64,000 bases of DNA from Candidatus Kapaibacterium sp. (GTDB lineage Bacteria > Bacteroidota > Ignavibacteria > Kapaibacteriales > UBA2268): the NCBI GenBank assembly GCA_963664875.1, contig OY761611.1, positions 2,336,001 to 2,400,000 of the forward strand. The letters are read 5' to 3'. Shown in pieces: positions 22,856 to 28,940 of the stretch. Under the pieces are notes generated by a model. The model saw only the letters and a program-made list of their open reading frames with translations, was not told the DNA's origin and did no database searches. The translations under genes were made by a program, and so were the position numbers. Numbering within the stretch: the stretch's first letter is position 1; each line of letters opens with the position of its first letter.

Positions 22856-22858
22856 AAA

Positions 22859-23067
22859 TTCCCCTCTTGAGGGGTGGCATGCGTAGCATGACGGGGTGGA
22901 AAAGAATCTTATTTCTATCACTACTCTAAAAAATATATCGCTAAAGTTATTTATTTAGAAAACATACTGCATACTCTGAAAATTTGTGCTTCGTGTGTTT
23001 CCACCCCGTCTCACCTTCGGTGAGCCACCCTACTTCGGCAGGCTCAGCACATCGCTCAAGAGGGGAA
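22859..23067. repeat. ~210-bp element, copy 3 (interior inverted)
   Basis: Same terminal IRs and same right arm; interior matches the reverse complement of copies 1 and 2. Confidence 0.8.
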
Positions 23068-23100
23068 TGGAGAGGGTTTTGGCTCAAAATATTAGAGAAA

Positions 23101-23225
23101 GAGCCTGAAAGGCTCAAAGCAAATAGCCCGGGGCAGCTAAGGTCACTGAGCGAGCGCAGCAAGTCGAAGTGCGGGAAAAGAAACGCCCACACCCTCGTTT
23201 TCCATAACCGAGCGGAGCGAGGTGA
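23101..23225. repeat. Pile of REP-like hairpins from different families
   Basis: gagcctgaaaggctc (also at ~18564, similar at 41670); aggtcactgagcgagcgcagcaagtcgaagtg at 23140-23171 (reverse-complement copy of array repeat A); accgagcggagcgaggt. Confidence 0.65.
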
Positions 23226-23321
23226 AGTATTTTCTTCTTTCTAAGTACAAGAATCAAAAAAATGTTTACATCTCTTAAATATTTTACTCTATCACTTAAA
23301 ATAAGGACTTATAGCGAGGGG

Positions 23322-23660
23322 TGTGGATTACCCGGATTGTATAATTATAGCTTATACATAGACTTATAATGCTTGCCGGAAATTATCAAATAATTGTCCA
23401 CAACTTTGATACAGAGCTGTTTTAAGAGGTGTTAGAAATTTGGAAAATATTGTGGATAACTTAGATTTTTGTCAACATCTCAAATTATTCCACTCCGAGT
23501 GTTGAAAACTATAAGTTATCCACACATTTATCCACAATACTTGATTATTAAAATTCCTTTACAATTTCCGATATTTCAAATACTTAGCTTTCCGAATTTT
23601 GGCTTTTCAACTTTTCTACACTAAGTACATATACATCATATTTATAAAAGAAAAAAAAGA
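23322..23660. promoter_or_regulatory. Probable oriC (DnaA-box cluster)
   Basis: Perfect TTATCCACA at 23516-23524 and 23528-23536; TGTGGATAA at 23451-23459; 1-mismatch boxes at 23322-23330 and 23394-23402; adjacent AT-rich tract; parS-like cluster within 5 kb. Confidence 0.75.
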
Positions 23661-23671
23661 ACTCTATGTTA

Positions 23672-24931
23672 TTATATTGTATCGAAGCCTGTATATCTTT
23701 GCAAGCACTCAGGTACTTTTACTGTTCCGTCTTCCTGTAGGTAAGTTTCGATTAGAGCAGCAAAAATTCTTGAAGTAGCTAATGCAGATCCGTTTAATGT
23801 ATGTACAAATTCCGGTTTAGCGTTAGGTTCTCTTTTGAATCTGATGTTTGCTCTTCTTGCCTGGAAGTCTTCAAAATTGGAACAGCTTGATACTTCTAAC
23901 CATTTTTCTTCGCCCGGAGCCCAAACTTCTAAATCGAATGTAGAAGCTGAAGAGAAACTTGTGTCACCTGAGCAAAGGTGAAGCAATCTATATTGTAATC
24001 CTAAGGCTTGTAAAAGGTCCTCAGCGTCTTTTATTAGGTTTTCCAACTCTGAGTATGACTCTTCCGGTTTAGTGAATTTGACAAGCTCTACTTTGTTGAA
24101 CTGGTGAACTCTAAGGAAACCGTGTACTTCTTTGCCATAGCTGCCTGCTTCTCTTCTGAAACAAGGAGAATAGCCGCATATTTTTATAGGAAGTTCTTCT
24201 CTGATAATTTCGTTGTTGTAGTAATTAGTAAGCGGAACTTCTGCAGTTGGGATAAGGTACATATTATCTTCTGTTGCATGGTACATATCTTCAGCCATTT
24301 TAGGAAGCTGACCTGTGCCACGCATAGAGCTTTCGTTTACAAGGAAAGGAGGCATCATTTCGTAGTATCCGTGTTTTTCCAAGTGAGTATTGAGGAAGAA
24401 ATTGATAAGAGCTCTTTCCAAAGCAGCACCTTTACCGGTATAAAAAGCAAAGCCTGCACCTGAAACTTTTGCACCTCTTTCGAAGTCAATAATTTTGCGG
24501 TCTTTAGCTATTTCGATATGGTCTTTTTTAACAGGCTGAGTAACTCTTTCGCCCCATTCTTTTACTACTTTGTTATCAGCTTCAGATTTTCCTATAGGTA
24601 CATCTTTGTGGCACATATTAGGAACTTTGCTCATAAGCTCAGCAATCTGATTTTCTACATCGCGAAGTTCGTCGTCCATATCTTTGATTTTATCAGAAAC
24701 ATCTTTCATTTCAGCGATTTTGTCGTCAGCATTTTCTTTATTTTTTTTAAGCTCGGCAATTTCTTTAGAAGCAACATTACGTTGATTTTTAAGATTTTCA
24801 ACTTCTGCTATTATAGTTCTTCTCTTTTCATCAAGCTGAGGAAGAGCAGTAACATCAGCAGATTCGTTTTTGTTTTTGATATTTTGTTGTACCAAATCAA
24901 TATTTTCGCGTACAAATTTCAAATCCAACAT
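23672..24931 (-). CDS. serS: Seryl-tRNA synthetase
   Basis: MLDLKFVREN, LIPTAEVP, FRREAGS, HQFNKVE, HTLNGS. Confidence 0.98.
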   Translation of the reverse strand: MLDLKFVRENIDLVQQNIKNKNESADVTALPQLDEKRRTIIAEVENLKNQRNVASKEIAELKKNKENADDKIAEMKDVSDKIKDMDDELRDVENQIAELMSKVPNMCHKDVPIGKSEADNKVVKEWGERVTQPVKKDHIEIAKDRKIIDFERGAKVSGAGFAFYTGKGAALERALINFFLNTHLEKHGYYEMMPPFLVNESSMRGTGQLPKMAEDMYHATEDNMYLIPTAEVPLTNYYNNEIIREELPIKICGYSPCFRREAGSYGKEVHGFLRVHQFNKVELVKFTKPEESYSELENLIKDAEDLLQALGLQYRLLHLCSGDTSFSSASTFDLEVWAPGEEKWLEVSSCSNFEDFQARRANIRFKREPNAKPEFVHTLNGSALATSRIFAALIETYLQEDGTVKVPECLQRYTGFDTI

Positions 24932-25096
24932 ATCGAAATCCTATTGTTTAGTGTATTAAATATAGTCTTTTTGATTCTACACGAAATTAGTTAATAATTG
25001 CTAAACCAAATAATTAAATTGTTGAGTAGATAGGTATATATTTAAAAGGATATATAGTGAGTGAAATGAGGTGGTAGGAAGAATATTCTTTTACAT

Positions 25097-25165
25097 CACT
25101 TCAGTTTACTGAGTTTGCTGAGTGAGATTAACAAGTTCATCGAGCGAGCAAAGGGAGTCGAGATG
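25097..25165. repeat. Degenerate A/B doublet of the GIY-YIG-associated repeat
   Basis: agttcatcgagcgagcaaagggagtcgagatg (25134-25165, B type) preceded by a decayed A copy. Confidence 0.65.
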
Positions 25166-25550
25166 TAGAAATTATTCTGATTTCCATATCCACTTGTCGT
25201 ATCTATTTACATAACCCCAGAATGTTTTACAATCACTGGTTGAGGTTATAATACATATCATGAGCTTCATATATTCCGTTTTATATCTCTTTTAGATATA
25301 GAAAATCTTTTTCAACAATTTGGCATCTACCTATATCGTAAATTATCAGAGTTTTTGAATTATTGTTATTATAGTTTTTGAATGGATTAGGTTTTGATTT
25401 ACAATTTTTAGAGATATATTTCTTTTTATACTTCCTATTACCGTTACTGTCAAGTACTACATTTTCACTATTTTGGAGTATCTTGATTCCATCTTTATAG
25501 GCAGATTTCCAGAAGTATGCTCAAAATCTATTATCTATAAAATTTAAATA

Positions 25551-26036
25551 TCATTCTTCAAACCCTCGATTATTTATTTTATATAATTTTTTAATTACAG
25601 ATATGGCTTTGCTACTTCTTTCTTCATCTAAGACATTTCTAAATATTTCAAATATTCTATCAGAATAGTCTTCAAAAGATATTCTAAAGAACAAATCAAT
25701 ATATTGTCCCTTCAAAATAGTTAAAGAAAATAGATTTCTTTTTGCTATATCTCTATTTAACGAATATTTAGTTCCACCTAATTTACTTAAACTATCTAAA
25801 AGTTTTTCTTTTTCGTCAATACTAATATCAATTCGATCATAAACGCTAAACCATTCAGATTGAAATGAAAATCCTATCGGTGATAATAACAAAGCAGGAT
25901 AATACCCACTTGCAGAGTCCCGATCTCTAATAATTATTACCAAATGCTCTCTATACAAATATATTGAAGAATTTTGATTATATAAATTTGTACAAAGTAG
26001 CAATACAAATACAGAATATTTAACTATTTTAAACAT
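25551..26036 (-). CDS. Hypothetical exported protein, possible immunity protein
   Basis: Very AT-rich ORF with N-terminal hydrophobic segment; starts about 10 bp after the stop of a toxin-tip-like fragment. Confidence 0.45.
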   Translation of the reverse strand: MFKIVKYSVFVLLLCTNLYNQNSSIYLYREHLVIIIRDRDSASGYYPALLLSPIGFSFQSEWFSVYDRIDISIDEKEKLLDSLSKLGGTKYSLNRDIAKRNLFSLTILKGQYIDLFFRISFEDYSDRIFEIFRNVLDEERSSKAISVIKKLYKINNRGFEE

Positions 26037-26045
26037 AATCTATCC

Positions 26046-26276
26046 TTAAGGTTTTCCGACAACTTGTGGTACATTAGATATCCACCTAATTTGACCTAAA
26101 TGGAATGGTACACTTTCTGGTGTTACTACAGTAGGTCCTATATAATTTATATTACGATTAGTATCAGTTGTATATCCCCATTGTACAGTCTTTAAGACGT
26201 CATGATTTTTAAATCCAATACTGTCCTCGCGAATACCAACAAGACTTGTTGTTGCAATAAAATCTTTATTTGCAAT
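26046..26276 (-). pseudogene. Start-less 76-aa C-terminal fragment resembling an RHS/polymorphic toxin tip
   Basis: Open frame IANKDFIATTSLVGIR...LKTVQWGYTTDTNRN...VVGKP*, with no start codon. The family assignment is inference. Confidence 0.35.
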
Positions 26277-26875
26277 TTATAGAAACCATACGAATTTTTA
26301 CAATCAAATAATGCAATATCATGGTTTATGTGATCTAATAGAAAAGGGAATTTCATGTCCTTACAAAAATCTTCATATAAAAGATCAAAATATCCATATT
26401 CAATAGGCAATATTGTATTCGTATTTATATCTACTAAACAATTTTTTTTATTTTTAGTATCAGATTCTTTTATTGTCACCACATAAACATCATCTTTCCA
26501 GTATAAATAAGCATCATAGCCAATATTATATATCTTCTTTTCTTTTGGTCTCAATACATACTGATAATCTGCTGAGTAATCGGTGCCATTGAATCTTATA
26601 GTATCAAAGCCTCTATTAAATACTAATCTACCGGTATTATCAATAATAAACTGCTTCCCTTTATAAGTAACAATACCAAATTCTTTATCAAACTGAGTAG
26701 CTTTATCAAATCTATAATCTACAATAAGCTTTCCATACTGATTTATATATCCCCAGCTTCCGTTATTCTCCACAGGCAATAGAATATTTTCAGGGATAGA
26801 ATAATGCAGCGGTTTATCGCAACTAGTAACTAAAAGTACAAAAATTATAATAATTAGAGAGCGCACTAAACGCAT
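26192..26875 (-). pseudogene. WG-repeat lipoprotein, probably truncated
   Basis: MRLVRSLIII..LLVTSC lipobox; NGSWGYINQYGKLIV..FD.A..F repeat; the tail after ~26280 reads through the unrelated fragment out of frame. Confidence 0.6.
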
Positions 26876-26939
26876 AAAAACCTCACTTTCGAAACACTCC
26901 ATATAAAATAGCAGATATTTTAAAAGAAAACAAAAGCTT

Positions 26940-26955
26940 TGTTTCATGTGAAACA
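26940..26955. promoter_or_regulatory. parS-like site 1
   Basis: TGTTTCATGTGAAACA, 1 mismatch to canonical TGTTTCACGTGAAACA. Confidence 0.8.
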
Positions 26956-27265
26956 AAAAAAGTACTTAGTGGTTTGCACTTCGACTCACTGAGATTGGGA
27001 TAATGTGCTACAATAATATTTAAGGTCATCGAGCGAGTACAATGAGTCGAGATGCAATACAGTCACTTTTACACTTCGACTCACTGCGTTCGCTCAGTGA
27101 CCTTAGTAAATAAGTACAATTATAAAATAAAAAGGACATCGAGCGACCAGAGGGAGTCGAGATGCAATACACCTTCTTCTTTCACATCGATTCATTTTAG
27201 TCACTCAGTGACCTTAAAGAATATAAGATATAAAATAAATAGAATTTAGATTTAAAACAGATAAG

Positions 27266-27281
27266 TGTTTCATGTGGAACA
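27266..27281. promoter_or_regulatory. parS-like site 2
   Basis: TGTTTCATGTGGAACA. Confidence 0.8.
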
Positions 27282-27601
27282 ATCTTTGTGAAGAGGTTGT
27301 GGCTTACACTTCGACTCACTATGTTCGCTCAGTGACCTTAAGAATAGACCAGATAATTCAAAAAGGTCATCGAGCGATTGGAGGGAGTCGAGATGTATGA
27401 CTTTTATTTTTACACTTCGACTCACTACCTTCGCTCAGTGAGCTTCGGGTATTTTTCTGTATTATAATATAGGTCATCGAGCGACCAGAGGGAGTCGAGA
27501 TGAAGAACTATCCTTTCTACACTTCGACTCACTGCGTTCGCTCAGTGAGCTTGAACAAATAAGGTATATAATATATGATAATAAGATTCAAAATAGATAA
27601 A

Positions 27602-27617
27602 TGTATCATGTGAAACA
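27602..27617. promoter_or_regulatory. parS-like site 3
   Basis: TGTATCATGTGAAACA. Confidence 0.65.
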
Positions 27618-27788
27618 GTCTTTGTATAAGAGCTTTTAGCTTACACTTCGACTCACTGCGTTCGCTCAGTGACCTATGTGTAAATATGTACGAATAATAC
27701 ATAAGGTCATCGAGCGACCAGAGGGAGTCGTGATGCAAAATTCATATCAATATCAAAATCGAACAATATCAGATATCTAAACACGTAC

Positions 27789-27804
27789 TGTTTCATGTGG
27801 AACA
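27789..27804. promoter_or_regulatory. parS-like site 4 (immediately upstream of the GIY-YIG start)
   Basis: TGTTTCATGTGGAACA. Confidence 0.8.
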
Positions 27805-27810
27805 AAATAG

Positions 27811-28113
27811 ATGCTTATGGCAAAAGCTTATACATATATCCTACTTTGTTGTGATGGTACTTATTACACAGGCAGTACTAAAGATTTGCATTTAAGAATG
27901 GTAGAACATTATTCCGGCGAAGGAGCAAATTATACATCGAAACGCCTCCCTGTTAAACTTATCTATGTAGAAGAATTCGATAGAATAGATCACGCCTTTG
28001 AAAGAGAAAAGCAAATACAAGGCTGGTCACACCGCAAAAAGAAAGCCCTCATAGAACGCAACTATGATAACTTAAAGAAATACTCCAAATCTTATCAGAT
28101 GTTAGAGAAGTAG
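27811..28113 (+). CDS. Stand-alone GIY-YIG endonuclease (YhbQ/UPF0213-like)
   Basis: YTYIL.C.DGTYYTGST.DL..R...H..G.GANYT..RLPVKLIYVE......A..REKQI.GW...KK.ALI. The start may be ATG 27817. Confidence 0.92.
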   Translation: MLMAKAYTYILLCCDGTYYTGSTKDLHLRMVEHYSGEGANYTSKRLPVKLIYVEEFDRIDHAFEREKQIQGWSHRKKKALIERNYDNLKKYSKSYQMLEK

Positions 28114-28120
28114 GTAGTGA

Positions 28121-28535
28121 CACTTCGACTCGCTGCGTTCGCTCAGTGACCTTAAAAAAGATATGCCGTGCTAATTCAAAAAGGTCATCGAGCGAGTGAA
28201 ACGAGTCGAGATGCAGAACAATTCCAATATGCACTTCGACTCACTGCGTTCGCTCAGTGAGCTTGAGATATTGTGTTGCAATAGTATTGAAGGTCATCGA
28301 GCGACCAGAGGGAGTCGAGATGTTGGACTGTAACATTTACACTTCGACTCACTGCGTTCACTCAGTGACATTGAGATATTTCTCTATTTTAGTATAAAGG
28401 GTCATCGAGCGAGTGAAACGAGTCGAGATGCAGAACAATTCCATTAAACACTTCGACTCACTACGTTCGCTCAGTGAGCTTATCTATAGAAAAATAATTA
28501 GAAAGGTCATCGAGCGAGTGTAACGAGTCGAGATG
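28121..28535. repeat. Downstream half of the A/B array (4 regular A-B units, period 108-111 bp)
   Basis: A at 28121, 28232, 28340, 28449; B at 28182, 28291, 28399, 28504. Confidence 0.95.
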
Positions 28536-28561
28536 CAAAATACAAATATCAAAACTCGTAT

Positions 28562-28577
28562 TGTTCCATGTGGAACA
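28562..28577. promoter_or_regulatory. parS-like site 5
   Basis: TGTTCCATGTGGAACA. Confidence 0.8.
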
Positions 28578-28583
28578 ATAGTA

Positions 28584-28937
28584 CTAGTAGCTCTCCCCTT
28601 TGTTTTCCAGTTCTATTCTTTTTATTTCGATTGCTTTAAGTTTTTTAGCCACTGCGGTTCCGAGTTGTATATTTCTTGCATTGCAGTAGTTCATAAGGGC
28701 TATAAATACATCGGCAGCTTCATCTTCGAACCTACTGTGTTCTATAGTTTTGCCTTTCCATTGTTTCTTTTCTATGTTAGCAAGTTCTCCTGCTTCTCCG
28801 TTTAGTTCAAGGCAGAAAAATTCGGGGCTTTTTGGTGTGAAATGTTTGTTTTGATACTTATCAAATTCTTCTTGTATTTGATTTATAGGCTCTTCGCAGT
28901 AATGAAGGAGTATAGGCATATCTATGTATTCAGACAT
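28584..28937 (-). CDS. MazG-like nucleotide pyrophosphohydrolase
   Basis: ExxE...ExxD motif: LNGEAGELAN...EDEAADVF. Confidence 0.75.
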   Translation of the reverse strand: MSEYIDMPILLHYCEEPINQIQEEFDKYQNKHFTPKSPEFFCLELNGEAGELANIEKKQWKGKTIEHSRFEDEAADVFIALMNYCNARNIQLGTAVAKKLKAIEIKRIELENKGESY

Positions 28938-28940
28938 TTT

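Larger units (their letters stand above)
26977..27735. repeat. Upstream half of the alternating A/B 32-bp repeat array
   Basis: A (cacttcgactc-N7-tcgctcagtgacct) at 26977 (truncated), 27072, 27183 (decayed), 27307, 27413, 27520, 27644. B (aggtcatcgagcga-N7-gagtcgagatg) at 27023, 27133, 27364, 27471, 27704. Confidence 0.95.

Noticed and set aside
18522-23244. ORFs 18522-18881, 20708-21007, 22947-23192 and 22984-23244
   Set aside because: Their shared peptide (SPLERCAEPAEVGWLTEGETGW) is read-through of the IR element.
27052-28234. Small ORFs 27052-27249, 27529-27738 and 28049-28234
   Set aside because: They are translations of the repeats (RSLSERS, HCVRSVT) and have no independent coding signal.
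26977-28535. CRISPR array interpretation
   Set aside because: Repeats alternate in orientation and type. Spacers fall into two short length classes and resemble each other (cagaacaattcca twice, ttgagatatt twice, caatac twice), which indicates duplication rather than acquisition. No cas genes are present.
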